Assembly: GCA_041657665.1 (NCBI GenBank)
Contig: JBBABN010000001.1
Coordinates: forward strand, 2,355 to 66,354
DNA from: Minisyncoccota bacterium
GTDB taxonomy: Bacteria > Patescibacteriota > Minisyncoccia > Phycocordibacterales > Phycocordibacteraceae
Direction of reading: 5' to 3'
DNA: 64,000 nt
Made by a program: the position numbers and the translations under genes. The stretch's first letter is position 1. Every line of letters starts with the position of its first letter. Of this stretch, positions 37,200-46,722 are shown piece after piece. The notes beneath the pieces are model-generated. The model searched no databases. It was given only the letters and a program-made list of their open reading frames with translations, and was not told the origin of the DNA.

Positions 37200-38282
37200 A
37201 TGCGAAGTGTTCGCGATATACAGATTTTTGAAAACGTTCCAATAGTAGTGCGCGCGGCTTTGAATGTACCTATCAAGAATGGCGAGGTGGCAAATGATTA
37301 TCGTCTCCGGCGCGCATTACCGACAATAAAATTCCTTTCTGAACGGGGTGCGAAAGTTATTCTCATCAGCCACATCGGGGAGAAGGGGACTGAGACACTC
37401 GCGCCAGTCGCACAAGCTCTTGGGAAACTCATCTCTGGCGTCTCGTTTTCTCCGGAAACCATCGGCACTGATGCGCGAGCTGCAATCCGCTCTCTCGCAC
37501 CGGGACAAATTATCGTTCTTGAAAATCTTCGTCGTCATGCGGGTGAAAGGGAGAATAGTCGTGCGTTCGCACGAGAGCTCGCCGCGCTCGGTGACATCTT
37601 TGTCGAAGATAGTTTTGATACCTGCCACCGCATGCACGCTTCTACTGTGGGAGTTCCCGAAATTCTCCCGAGTTATGCCGGATTACTTCTCGAAGACGAG
37701 ATGCGAGAATTGTCACAAGCACTTACACCCAAGTGTCCGTCGCTCGCCGTCATCGGCGGGATGAAGTTCTCGACGAAAGAAACGGTGCTGACACGACTAC
37801 TGACACTTTATGATCATGTTTTTGTTGGAGGTGCGCTCGCAAACACTTTTCTCAAGGTATCAGGCAAAAATGTAGGGAAGTCACTCGTTTCAGATTCTGA
37901 CGAAGCTACAATTAAAAAACTCATTGCCAACTCTAAACTTGTTTTACCCATTGATTCTGTTATCAAAGACGAGGCGATTCTCGACATTGGACCTGGCTCT
38001 ATAGCACTTCTCGCTGACCTAGCGAAGAAATCAAAGACTATTCTCTGGAATGGCCCCTTAGGGAATTATGAAAATGGATTCAGTGGTGCAACAAATGCAT
38101 TCGCCGAAGCAGTTACGAATTCATCTGCTTATTCTATTCTTGGCGGGGGAGACACGATCGCTGCTATAGAAGGTCTCGGACTCCTGCCGAAATTCTCATT
38201 CGTCTCTACGGGCGGGGGCGCGATGCTCGATTTCCTCGCTGCCGGAACTCTCCCAGGTATTGAAGCACTGAACAATTACTGA
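37200..38282 (+). CDS. pgk: Phosphoglycerate kinase
   Basis: N-terminus VVRAALNVPIKNGEVANDYRLRRALPTIKFL...GAKVILISHIG is canonical. At 360 aa it is shorter than typical PGKs (~390-400 aa). Confidence 0.8.
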   Translation: MRSVRDIQIFENVPIVVRAALNVPIKNGEVANDYRLRRALPTIKFLSERGAKVILISHIGEKGTETLAPVAQALGKLISGVSFSPETIGTDARAAIRSLAPGQIIVLENLRRHAGERENSRAFARELAALGDIFVEDSFDTCHRMHASTVGVPEILPSYAGLLLEDEMRELSQALTPKCPSLAVIGGMKFSTKETVLTRLLTLYDHVFVGGALANTFLKVSGKNVGKSLVSDSDEATIKKLIANSKLVLPIDSVIKDEAILDIGPGSIALLADLAKKSKTILWNGPLGNYENGFSGATNAFAEAVTNSSAYSILGGGDTIAAIEGLGLLPKFSFVSTGGGAMLDFLAAGTLPGIEALNNY

Positions 38283-38686
38283 ATCGCTCGACGAATCTTC
38301 TCGGCGATTTCAGCAGCGGCACCGGATGGATAATCCTTTTGTGGCCAGAAGGAGAATTCGCCGCGGGAAATGCGCGGAATGATGTGGATATGGAGATGTG
38401 GAACAATCTGCCCGGCGGCTTCTCCGTGATTTGAATTAATGTGCACACCGTGCGCTCCGACGGCGTCGCGTACCGCAGGCGCAATCTTCCGCACCGTGCG
38501 CATCACTGCATCAAGGGTCTCCTCTTCTACATCGAAGATGTTCTCTGCCAATTTCTTCGGCACCACCAGCGTGTGGCCGGGTGTAGTCGGTTTCACATCC
38601 AAGAAAGCGATCGTATCAGCGTCTTCATACACAATCTCAGCAGGAATCTCACGCCGAACGATTTTCATAAAAATAGTGTCCTCCAT
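38276..38686 (-). CDS. HIT family (histidine triad) hydrolase
   Basis: HTLVVPK and the C-terminal HLHIHIIP triad motif are present. Confidence 0.9.
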   Translation of the reverse strand: MEDTIFMKIVRREIPAEIVYEDADTIAFLDVKPTTPGHTLVVPKKLAENIFDVEEETLDAVMRTVRKIAPAVRDAVGAHGVHINSNHGEAAGQIVPHLHIHIIPRISRGEFSFWPQKDYPSGAAAEIAEKIRRAIQ

Positions 38687-38731
38687 TGCATTTAATCTTA
38701 CAACTTATACCTTATACCTTACAACTGCTTT

Positions 38732-40480
38732 ATGTTTCCGCTCCACGAACCCCTCGACGATATTCTTCGCGAAGAACTTCTCTCGTATGACGACCTCACT
38801 GCCGCACTCCTCGCGCGCCGCGGCATACGGACAAAGGAAGACGCCGAGAAATTCCTAAATCCTTCGTATGACGAACATCTGCATGATCCGCTCCTGATGA
38901 CGGATATGCAGAAAGCCGCAGAGCGGCTCAGCACCTCAATTCTCTCTAACGAGAGAATTGCCATATGGAGCGACTACGACTGTGACGGTATTCCGGGAGC
39001 TGTTGTTCTGCACGATTTCTTAAAGAAAGTCGGCGCGAATTTCGAGAATTATATTCCGCACCGGCACGATGAGGGCTACGGGATGAATGTGAGCGGTATC
39101 GAAGGACTCGCAAAAAGCGGTGTGAAACTTATAGTCACCGTAGATTCTGGCATTACTGATCTCGAGCCAATCGCTCGCACGAAAGAATTAGGTATGGATG
39201 TCATCGTCACTGATCATCACCTGCCGCGCACCTCCGAAACCTCTGGCGAAGGGGGGCCTGATGCATTCGCCATCGTAAATCCGAATGCACGAAGTGATGA
39301 GAAGTATCCGTTCCACGACCTCTGTGGCGCGGGAGTCGCATGGAAGCTCGTGTGTGCCACTCTTGCGCTCTCGCCAAAATTACGCGAGAAAGTACCACTC
39401 GGTTGGGAGAAGTGGCTACTCGATATGGTGGGACTCGCGACGATCGCCGATATGGTCCCGCTCGTCGACGAGAATCGCATCCTCGCAAAATTCGGCCTAC
39501 TCGTACTTCGTAAGTCGCCGCGCATCGGCCTCCAGAAATTACTTCGCGGTATGCGCGTCGAACAACGTGCACTCACTGAAGATGATGTCGGATTTATGAT
39601 TGCGCCAAGAGTGAACGCAGCGAGCCGGATGGGCGATGCGCGCGAAGCATTCGATCTCTTCACGACTACTGACGAGAACGAGGCGGATGCACTCGCGAAG
39701 AAATTGGAAAGTGCAAACCGGCATAGAAAAGCAGAAGCCGGCGCGCTCACGCGCGCCGTGCATTCGCGATTAAAAGAGCGAAATGAAATGCGTTCTGTTA
39801 TCGCGCTCGGCAACCCGGAATGGCGACCCGCGCTCTTGGGTCTTGTCGCGGGCGGTATCGCCGACGAATATGAACGCCCCGTATTTCTCTGTGGAAGGGA
39901 AGGCAACGGAAGTATTAAGGGTTCGGTGCGAAGCGGTGGCGGCATTCATGCGCTCGAACTCATGCGCGCGGCAGAAAATACTTTTGTGGAATGTGGCGGA
40001 CACGCAGCAGCGGGAGGATTCACGGTCAGAGATGATGCGATATTTTTTCTTGAAGATAAATTAGTCGAAGCATACGCGCGCATCAGTGAAAAAAATGAAC
40101 TCACTGATTCGCTCGAGACACATGCTGATGCTGAAGTGCTACCCGAAGAATTGCACAAAGCATTTCTCACGAAGATAGAAAAGCTCGCACCCTTTGGTCA
40201 ACAAAATCAGAAGCCTGTTTTTTTATTACGAAACATTCTCATTCAAAATATTTCGCACTTCGGAAAAAGTGAAGAACATCTGAAATTAAAAATAAGTTCT
40301 GAAGAAAAACAAAATCAATCGATTGATGCTGTCACTTTTTTTGCAAAAGGACCGCTCGCGCGCTCGGCAAATAAATGTACACAAGGATGTCGCGCAGACA
40401 TTCTCGCACATCTCGAACGCGACACCTTCTCTCGCGGCAATCCCGTGCGCCTGCGACTTCTCGACATACGCTTGGTATAG
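38732..40480 (+). CDS. recJ: Single-stranded-DNA-specific exonuclease RecJ
   Basis: DHH motifs (DYDCDGIPGAVVLHDFL, VTVDSGITD, VTDHH) and a DHHA1 region. Confidence 0.9.
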   Translation: MFPLHEPLDDILREELLSYDDLTAALLARRGIRTKEDAEKFLNPSYDEHLHDPLLMTDMQKAAERLSTSILSNERIAIWSDYDCDGIPGAVVLHDFLKKVGANFENYIPHRHDEGYGMNVSGIEGLAKSGVKLIVTVDSGITDLEPIARTKELGMDVIVTDHHLPRTSETSGEGGPDAFAIVNPNARSDEKYPFHDLCGAGVAWKLVCATLALSPKLREKVPLGWEKWLLDMVGLATIADMVPLVDENRILAKFGLLVLRKSPRIGLQKLLRGMRVEQRALTEDDVGFMIAPRVNAASRMGDAREAFDLFTTTDENEADALAKKLESANRHRKAEAGALTRAVHSRLKERNEMRSVIALGNPEWRPALLGLVAGGIADEYERPVFLCGREGNGSIKGSVRSGGGIHALELMRAAENTFVECGGHAAAGGFTVRDDAIFFLEDKLVEAYARISEKNELTDSLETHADAEVLPEELHKAFLTKIEKLAPFGQQNQKPVFLLRNILIQNISHFGKSEEHLKLKISSEEKQNQSIDAVTFFAKGPLARSANKCTQGCRADILAHLERDTFSRGNPVRLRLLDIRLV

Positions 40481-40487
40481 TAGAGAC

Positions 40488-40907
40488 ATGCATTTCACTA
40501 TTCATGCCGATGGCGGGTCGAGAGGGAATCCGGGGCCGAGCGGGGCAGGCGCGATGATTCGCGACGCGCTTGGTAATTCAGTCGCGAGCGTTTCGCAATT
40601 TCTCGGAACGCACACCAACAATTTTGCAGAATACGAAGCAGTGATTCTCGCATTCGAAACATTAGCGAAACTCGTCGGAGCAGGGAAGACGAGCGCGACA
40701 GAAGTGGTGGTAAAAATGGACAGCGAACTCGTGGTGAAACAAATGCGCGGGGAATATAAAGTGAAGCATCCGACACTGAAAGTACAGCATGCGCGACTAA
40801 AAAAAGTCATTACCACATTCGGCGATGTCGCATTCACCCATGTTCCACGCGAAGAAAACTCTGACGCCGATGCTCTCGCCAACGCCGCGATGGATCGTGG
40901 TGCATAA
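40488..40907 (+). CDS. rnhA: Ribonuclease HI
   Basis: MHFTIHADGGSRGNPGPSGAG...NNFAEYEAVILAFE...DSELVVKQM...NSDADALAN, an RNase H DEDD pattern. The ORF-track start at 40323 overlaps recJ and is rejected. Confidence 0.85.
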   Translation: MHFTIHADGGSRGNPGPSGAGAMIRDALGNSVASVSQFLGTHTNNFAEYEAVILAFETLAKLVGAGKTSATEVVVKMDSELVVKQMRGEYKVKHPTLKVQHARLKKVITTFGDVAFTHVPREENSDADALANAAMDRGA

Positions 40908-40931
40908 TCCTAGAGAAGGTATAATCGTTCC

Positions 40932-41525
40932 ATGAAAACAGAAGTGGAAGCAACATTCATACCAGCAGATCACATCGCCTTGCGTAAGAAATTAGGCGAT
41001 ATTGGAGCTAAATTAATTCGTCCAGAACGTTTGATTCGCCGTACCATCTTTGACTACGAGGATCTGCGACTTGACGCAAAGGCCGCATGGGTACGTCTAC
41101 GAGATGAAGGCGACTCCATCACACTGACATTCAAACAACGCACCAACGAAACCATCAATGGAATGAAAGAGATAGAAATTGTCGTGGATGACTACATCCG
41201 AACAAAAGAGCTCTTACTCGCAATTGGTCTTATCGTTAAGGCAGAGCAAGAAACGAAGAGGGAGTTATGGGAGATCGATGGCACTCAAGTGATGCTTGAT
41301 ACATGGCCATGGCTTGAACCTATCGCCGAAATCGAGGGTGAGAGCGAAGAGACAGTAAAAGAACTCTCACAACGTTTAGGATTCGATTGGACCAAAGCCA
41401 TCTTTGATAGTGCCGATGAATTATATCGACTTGTTTTTGATGTGACGCGCACCGAGATTTCGACTTGTCCTCTCACTTTCGGTCCTGTGCCTGCATGGCT
41501 CGAAAAGCGCCGACGCGCTCACTAA
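40932..41525 (+). CDS. CYTH-domain protein (triphosphate tunnel metalloenzyme family)
   Basis: N-terminal EVEATF (the ExExK-type start of CYTH), ...RLR.EG....TFK..., a C-terminal acidic cluster EIEGESEE. Confidence 0.6.
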   Translation: MKTEVEATFIPADHIALRKKLGDIGAKLIRPERLIRRTIFDYEDLRLDAKAAWVRLRDEGDSITLTFKQRTNETINGMKEIEIVVDDYIRTKELLLAIGLIVKAEQETKRELWEIDGTQVMLDTWPWLEPIAEIEGESEETVKELSQRLGFDWTKAIFDSADELYRLVFDVTRTEISTCPLTFGPVPAWLEKRRRAH

Positions 41526-41559
41526 CACCGCGATGGACAGGGAGCATATAATTTAAATC

Positions 41560-42021
41560 ATGGATATACAAATTATCATAGCAATACTTTTGGCCTACAT
41601 CGCTTGGCAGAATTATCGAATAAACGAGGCTGGTTTTTATATAAACAAAGATAAATTGCGCTTAGATTTATTCGACCGGCGTTATAAGGTATTCGAAGGA
41701 TTCAGATCGTTTTTCACCAGCTTTTCACTATTGGCTGATATCAAGAGTGATGAACTCTCTAAGCTCATATGGGATACAGCGGATGCTGAATTTTTATTTG
41801 GTAAAGAAGTTTCCGAATATAGGCAGAAAGTTATCGATAAGTGTGTTCGGCTAAAGCAACTTAATGGTAAGTTCCAAAGAGGAGTGATGGACGAGAAAAT
41901 ACGAGCGGAACTCGCACAAGAGGCTGCGGATCTCGAGGAATGGATAGCGAATCAAAATGAAGAACTTCGAAAGCTTTTCAGGAAGTATCTCCACTTTTCG
42001 ATTGATGCTACGCCCAAATAA
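41560..42021 (+). CDS. Hypothetical protein (153 aa, one N-terminal TM, coiled-coil C-terminus)
   Basis: ORF only. No recognisable motif. Confidence 0.4.
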   Translation: MDIQIIIAILLAYIAWQNYRINEAGFYINKDKLRLDLFDRRYKVFEGFRSFFTSFSLLADIKSDELSKLIWDTADAEFLFGKEVSEYRQKVIDKCVRLKQLNGKFQRGVMDEKIRAELAQEAADLEEWIANQNEELRKLFRKYLHFSIDATPK

Positions 42022-42038
42022 TTAAGATTCCGACAGCG

Positions 42039-43550
42039 ATGCACTTTCTAATCGCCGTTGTTTCTGGATTCGCGAGTGGGGTGTTTTTAAAATCTGTTTT
42101 TAATTTTGGTTCGACTTCGCTCACCACAGGTAGTTGGCCAGTGATTCTTTTTATTTTTATTCTCGCGGCGCTTCTGAGCGCCGCGGCATTTTTAAAACCG
42201 CGAGTTGTGTATACAGCAGGCGCGGTGTTTTTTATTTTTGTTGTGTTCGGAATGTTGCGCACGACATTTATTGATTCGTCATTACCTGATGCATTTGTGC
42301 GCGATGTGAAGCATCGCGTTTCATACAACGGCATTGTAGTGAGTGACCCTGATGTGCGCGATGCGAACCAAAGAATCCAGGTTCAAGTTGTAAGTGGTAA
42401 GGAGCAAGTGAAGATGCTCGTGGTAGCGCCGAGGTATCCGAGCGTCGCGGTCGGCGACCACGTGCGCGTATCGGGGACACTCGCGCTACCTGAACCATTT
42501 GCCGACAACAACGGCCGCGTCTTTAAGTATGACAAATATCTTGAACGCGACGGCGTACGATTCTTACTTAACTTCGCGTATCTGCGCGTTACCGAAGAAG
42601 CGTCGTGGTATTCGATTCCTGCCACACTCGCGCGCGTGAAGCATTCATTTCTGAATGGACTGCAGGCAACGATGCCCGAGCCCTACGCGTCACTCGCGGG
42701 CGGCGTGGTGATAGGAGGGAAGTCCGGTCTCGGAAATGATTTGAAAGATGCATTCGTCCGCTCTGGTCTCGTGCAAATTATTGTGCTCTCTGGCTACAAT
42801 GTGATGATAGTCGCCGAATGGATTATGGCGGCACTCGCGCATACCAAGCTCCCGAAGCGATGGGGAGCAGTAGCAGGCGCTTGCGCCGTTCTTATCTTCG
42901 TCGGCATCGCAGGCGCCTCGGCGACCGCGTTGCGCGCGATGTTGATGGCTTTCATCGCGCTCTTCGCCCGCGCGACTGGCCGTTCTTACGCCGCCAGTCG
43001 CGCGCTTCTCGTTGTCGTCTTTCTTATGATCCTTTGGAATCCGCTCTATCTCGTCTTCGACCCCGGTTTCGGTCTCTCGGTCGCCGCGACTGCAGGGCTT
43101 ATCTGGCTCGCGCCGATTATCGAAACATTTCTCACATTATTTAAAAATCCTTTTTGGAAGAACACGGTCGCGACAACGCTCGCCGCACAAATCGCTGTTC
43201 TTCCACTCCTACTCTATGACACCGGCAATCTCTCCCTTGTCGCGATACCAGCGAATATCATCACGGCGCCTATGGTGCCGCTCGCGATGGGATTCTCGGC
43301 GCTCGCCGGATTCGCCGGAATACTCTTCAATTCTTTCGCTCCTTTCGTCGGCATCGTATTCGCATTTCCGGCGTATCTCGCGAATGCCTATCTCATATTT
43401 ATTGCGAATGAATCAGCGTCACTGCCGTTCGCAGCATTCACCCTTCCACTCTTTCCGTTTTGGCTCGTGCTCGTTGCGTATACGATGCTTATTTATATTG
43501 TTTCTAGAAATAAAACGCCGGCGCAAAATATTGCTACTGTCTCGTTATGA
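42039..43550 (+). CDS. comEC: ComEC/Rec2 competence channel protein (competence domain, polytopic membrane)
   Basis: ...AGGVVIGGKSGLGNDLKDAFVRSGLVQIIVLSGYNVMIVAEW... is the ComEC competence-domain signature. It has many TM helices. Confidence 0.8.
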   Translation: MHFLIAVVSGFASGVFLKSVFNFGSTSLTTGSWPVILFIFILAALLSAAAFLKPRVVYTAGAVFFIFVVFGMLRTTFIDSSLPDAFVRDVKHRVSYNGIVVSDPDVRDANQRIQVQVVSGKEQVKMLVVAPRYPSVAVGDHVRVSGTLALPEPFADNNGRVFKYDKYLERDGVRFLLNFAYLRVTEEASWYSIPATLARVKHSFLNGLQATMPEPYASLAGGVVIGGKSGLGNDLKDAFVRSGLVQIIVLSGYNVMIVAEWIMAALAHTKLPKRWGAVAGACAVLIFVGIAGASATALRAMLMAFIALFARATGRSYAASRALLVVVFLMILWNPLYLVFDPGFGLSVAATAGLIWLAPIIETFLTLFKNPFWKNTVATTLAAQIAVLPLLLYDTGNLSLVAIPANIITAPMVPLAMGFSALAGFAGILFNSFAPFVGIVFAFPAYLANAYLIFIANESASLPFAAFTLPLFPFWLVLVAYTMLIYIVSRNKTPAQNIATVSL

Positions 43551-44047
43551 AAAATTTCTATCTCATTTTATTTTTTATACTTATTGCAATTAATTTCACT
43601 ATTTATCGCACCATCTTCGCACCGCGCGTATTAGAAATATCGGTACTCGAAGCGGGGAAGGGTAATGCAACACTTGTGCGAACACCGAATGGCAAAACGC
43701 TCCTCATTGATACAGGTCCCGACGCGAGCATCTTACGCGCGCTCGGCACTGCACTCCCTCCTTGGCAGCGCCGTATTGATACGATCATACTCACGAGTGA
43801 TAAAGCGAGTTCATCTAAAGGACTTCTGGACGTAACGAGTCGCTACAAGATTCCAACTCCTCTACATTTCGGTACAGCTACTACTCCCTACGGAACACCT
43901 CTCACAATCGATTCAGTACAGATTACTGTCATATACGCCGATCTACTTTCTATTTCTTACGGCTCCACTGCACTCTTAATTTCCTCGAGCACACCCAAAG
44001 GCGTCTATATCTCGGACGGAATAGAGCTAGCAAAGATTACACAGTAG
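43547..44047 (+). CDS. ComEC C-terminal metallo-beta-lactamase-like domain fragment, encoded as a separate overlapping ORF
   Basis: ISVLEAGKGNATLVRTPNGKTLLIDTGPD is the opening of the ComEC MBL domain. Only 166 aa, so the HxHxDH region appears absent or degenerate. The ATGA overlap with the upstream ORF is in a different frame. Confidence 0.55.
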   Translation: MKNFYLILFFILIAINFTIYRTIFAPRVLEISVLEAGKGNATLVRTPNGKTLLIDTGPDASILRALGTALPPWQRRIDTIILTSDKASSSKGLLDVTSRYKIPTPLHFGTATTPYGTPLTIDSVQITVIYADLLSISYGSTALLISSSTPKGVYISDGIELAKITQ

Positions 44048-44061
44048 GTGATTGTACTCAA

Positions 44062-44304
44062 TCAAATAGCCCCGGCTTTCGTGAGTGCAGCGAATGCGCC
44101 GTTCTTCTTAATAGTCTTAAGCCCTTTTACAGAGACATCCACCATAACGGTCTTCTTGAGTTCAGGGACATAAATGCGTCTCTTCTGGAGATTTGCCTTT
44201 CTGCGAACCTTTCCCGTCGGGTTAAACTGGGTCGCGCGGACACGGTTCGAGTACCGCCCGCCGATTTGCGTGCTCTTTCCAGTGATTTCGCAGGTTCGTG
44301 CCAT
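44062..44304 (-). CDS. rpmB: 50S ribosomal protein L28
   Basis: MARTCEITGKSTQIGGRYSNRVRATQFNPTGKVRRKANLQKRRIYVPELKKTVMV... is canonical L28. Confidence 0.9.
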   Translation of the reverse strand: MARTCEITGKSTQIGGRYSNRVRATQFNPTGKVRRKANLQKRRIYVPELKKTVMVDVSVKGLKTIKKNGAFAALTKAGAI

Positions 44305-44351
44305 AGTCAGCGCATGGTAGCATAGGATACGACACACGCAAAGTTTATTTC

Positions 44352-44981
44352 ATGACTATCGCCCTTACCCTCATTATTCTTATCCTTTCCGTCATCGCAC
44401 ACGAGGTTGCGCACGGCTATGCTGCCAACTCGCTTGGCGACCCGACCGCCCGTCTCGCTGGCCGTTTGACGCTTAATCCGATCCCGCACATCGACCTTAT
44501 GGGCTCGATTGTTCTCCCGGCACTACTCGTCTTCACTCAGTCGCCGATCCTCTTCGGCTGGGCGAAGCCCGTGCCGTACAATCCCTACAATTTAAGTAAT
44601 CCTCGATGGGGTGAGACGCTCGTAGCCATAGCCGGAAGCGCCACGAACATTCTTCTCGCTATTATTTTCGGACTTATTGTGCGTTTTGGTGCGGCGCTCG
44701 GGCTCGACCCAGCTATGTTGTCGCTCGCGGCCACTATTGCCTTTATTAATCTCTTCCTTGGTCTCTTTAATCTTATTCCGTTCCCTCCACTCGATGGTTT
44801 TACCGCTCTACGCTCTGCACTCCCATGGAGTTCTTCTGCCACTATGATACGTATAGAACAGCAAATCCGTGGAGCAGGAATGCTCTCTCTTATCCTCTTC
44901 CTTCTTATCTTTTCGTATATCTTCGCAGGACCATTCTTCAATCTTGTTCTCTGGCTTCTTGAACGTATCACCGGGAGTTAA
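44352..44981 (+). CDS. Site-2 protease family (M50) membrane metalloprotease
   Basis: HEVAHGY (HExxH within the first TM) and a polytopic membrane protein with ...LIPFPPLDG (the LDG motif). Confidence 0.8.
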   Translation: MTIALTLIILILSVIAHEVAHGYAANSLGDPTARLAGRLTLNPIPHIDLMGSIVLPALLVFTQSPILFGWAKPVPYNPYNLSNPRWGETLVAIAGSATNILLAIIFGLIVRFGAALGLDPAMLSLAATIAFINLFLGLFNLIPFPPLDGFTALRSALPWSSSATMIRIEQQIRGAGMLSLILFLLIFSYIFAGPFFNLVLWLLERITGS

Positions 44982-45040
44982 ATGGACATCTACACATAAG
45001 TGGCGTACTGTCTCTTTAGAGGTCACAGAAAGGAGAGAAG

Positions 45041-45238
45041 ATGGCAAGATATTGTAGTATTTGTCGTACTAGGAAGATACGGGTCAGAAATGAGACCCAT
45101 AAGAAAAATAAAACGGGTCAAAAAAGATGGACGGCGCCTCCAGACAAAAGTCATGACCTCTGCGACAAATGTTGGAGATCGGTTTGGGTATCCATAATAA
45201 ACTCAACTCGTTTTCAGCAAGAAACATCACACCCTTGA
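45041..45238 (+). CDS. Possible small zinc-ribbon protein (CSIC...CDKC)
   Basis: 65-aa ORF with two CxxC pairs, followed by an intrinsic terminator at 45229..45268. Confidence 0.3.
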   Translation: MARYCSICRTRKIRVRNETHKKNKTGQKRWTAPPDKSHDLCDKCWRSVWVSIINSTRFQQETSHP

Positions 45239-45268
45239 GAAGCCCCGCTTCTCAAGGGCTTCTTATTT
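45229..45268 (+). terminator. Rho-independent terminator (CCCTTGAGAAGC-CCCG-CTTCTCAAGGG followed by a T-rich tail)
   Basis: 11-bp stem with a following CTTCTTATTTT run. Confidence 0.7.
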
Positions 45269-45552
45269 TCATAATTTGCTATACTTCACTTATGGACTTC
45301 AACAAAATACCGAAACAATTCTGTGAGAACGTCGTCGCAGGTCATTCACAAGAAAATTTCGTGCTGATTATGAGTGTAGGGGAGACCGCGAACGCGTATG
45401 CGCTCACCCCACCACATATGAAGCGTCTCGTGCAGAGCTTGGCACACCAAGTCGGAGAATACGAAAAGAAATTCGGTTCTATTAACGCAAAATGGTCTCC
45501 CGGCATCGAGAGCCCCATCCAATCAAAAGATATAAAAGGGAGTGGAATATAA

Positions 45553-45610
45553 AATCCTATTGTGTGCATTCGACAATGCGATGATGCATGTGCACTCGAC
45601 AGTGCGATGA
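45553..45610. repeat. Tandem ~26-bp direct repeat (TGCATTCGACAATGCGATGATGCATG / TGCACTCGACAGTGCGATGATGCATC), each unit internally palindromic
   Basis: Two adjacent near-identical units immediately upstream of the ATG of ORF 45636, which is the first gene of the VirB4 cluster. Confidence 0.7.
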
Positions 45611-45635
45611 TGCATCGCCTGCTATACTAGAGTAG

Positions 45636-46076
45636 ATGGAATACCAAGTCCCACAATTTATCGAAGTTGAGAGTAAGATTGTTGGGCCGTTAACCTTGAA
45701 ACAGTTTATTTATGTCGCTGGAGCTGGAGGATTGTGTGTGGTTTTCTTTGTGTATCTTAATACGTTGTTTGCGCTCTTATTCTCAGGACTCGTGGTCGCG
45801 TTCGCGGCAGCGCTCGCATTCTATAAAATAAATAATAAGCCGTTCATTACTATGCTCGAAGCAGGATTTAACTATTACACTGGCTCGAAGTTCTTCCTCT
45901 GGAAACATGAGGAGCCAAGCAAAGGGGAGAGAAGTGCCACAGCGGCCGCTGCAGCAGCGGCCGAGGCGAATTTGAACATTCCACAAGGCACTCCGAAACT
46001 TACCCGAGGGAAGCTCTCTGAACTCGCTTGGTCACTCGATATCCAGAACAAAGAATCTGCGAAAAATCCAGAATAA
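45636..46076 (+). CDS. Small membrane protein (2 TM hairpin, Ala-rich tail), possibly VirB2/VirB3-like
   Basis: 146 aa with two adjacent TM helices, then AAAAAAAEANLNIPQG. Its position directly upstream of the VirB4 N-terminal ORF is analogous to PrgI/VirB3. Confidence 0.4.
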   Translation: MEYQVPQFIEVESKIVGPLTLKQFIYVAGAGGLCVVFFVYLNTLFALLFSGLVVAFAAALAFYKINNKPFITMLEAGFNYYTGSKFFLWKHEEPSKGERSATAAAAAAAEANLNIPQGTPKLTRGKLSELAWSLDIQNKESAKNPE

Positions 46077-46077
46077 T

Positions 46078-46716
46078 ATGACAAACACACGCACACCAGG
46101 AGCAACCCAGCAGTTCGTCCCCGTGAAGGAGATTCGGAATGGCACTATCATTTTGAAAGATGGTGGGTATCGCGGCATACTGATCTGTTCCTCGATTAAC
46201 TTCGGACTGAAGTCGGCTGACGAACAGCATGCTATTACGCTTGGTTTCCAAAATTTCCTCAACACCCTTGATTTCTCTATTCAGATAGTTATAAATTCGC
46301 GGAAAATGGATCTACGTCCCTATCTCACCCTTCTTGCAGAGAAAGCATCAGAACAAAAGACCGAACTTATGCGAGTCCAATTGCGAGAATATGTTGAGTT
46401 TGTGCGTTCTTTCGCTGATCAGGCAAACATTATGACCAAATCGTTCTATATTGTTGTCCCGTATGCACCACATGCTTCTGCAGCTGGTGCGATAAGTTTC
46501 TTGCGACACGAAAATACTACAGAGAAGAACGCTTCTGAGAAAACTTCTTTTAATGAAGATCGGGCACAGCTCGAACAACGGCTCTCACTCGTTGCTGGTG
46601 GCCTTGCTGGTACTGGAGTGCGCGCAGTGCCACTCGGCACCGAAGAAGTTATCGAACTTCTGTATCGTTCATTTAATCCGGGAGAGCTCGAGAACCCGAT
46701 TCGTCTCGATAATTAA
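46078..46716 (+). CDS. Probable VirB4/TraE N-terminal domain, encoded as a separate ORF
   Basis: FVPVKEIRNGTIILKDGGYRGILICSSINFGLKSADEQ... resembles the N-terminal CagE_TrbE_VirB-type region of Gram-positive VirB4 homologues (inference from motif pattern). It is in the same frame as the downstream VirB4 ATPase ORF and separated only by TAA plus 2 codons. Confidence 0.45.
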   Translation: MTNTRTPGATQQFVPVKEIRNGTIILKDGGYRGILICSSINFGLKSADEQHAITLGFQNFLNTLDFSIQIVINSRKMDLRPYLTLLAEKASEQKTELMRVQLREYVEFVRSFADQANIMTKSFYIVVPYAPHASAAGAISFLRHENTTEKNASEKTSFNEDRAQLEQRLSLVAGGLAGTGVRAVPLGTEEVIELLYRSFNPGELENPIRLDN

Positions 46717-46722
46717 ATTACT

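Noticed and set aside
40323-40487. Long N-terminal extension of rnhA (MMLSLFLQKDRS...) overlapping recJ
   Set aside because: It overlaps the recJ C-terminus in another frame. RNase HI homology begins at MHFTIHADGG (40488).
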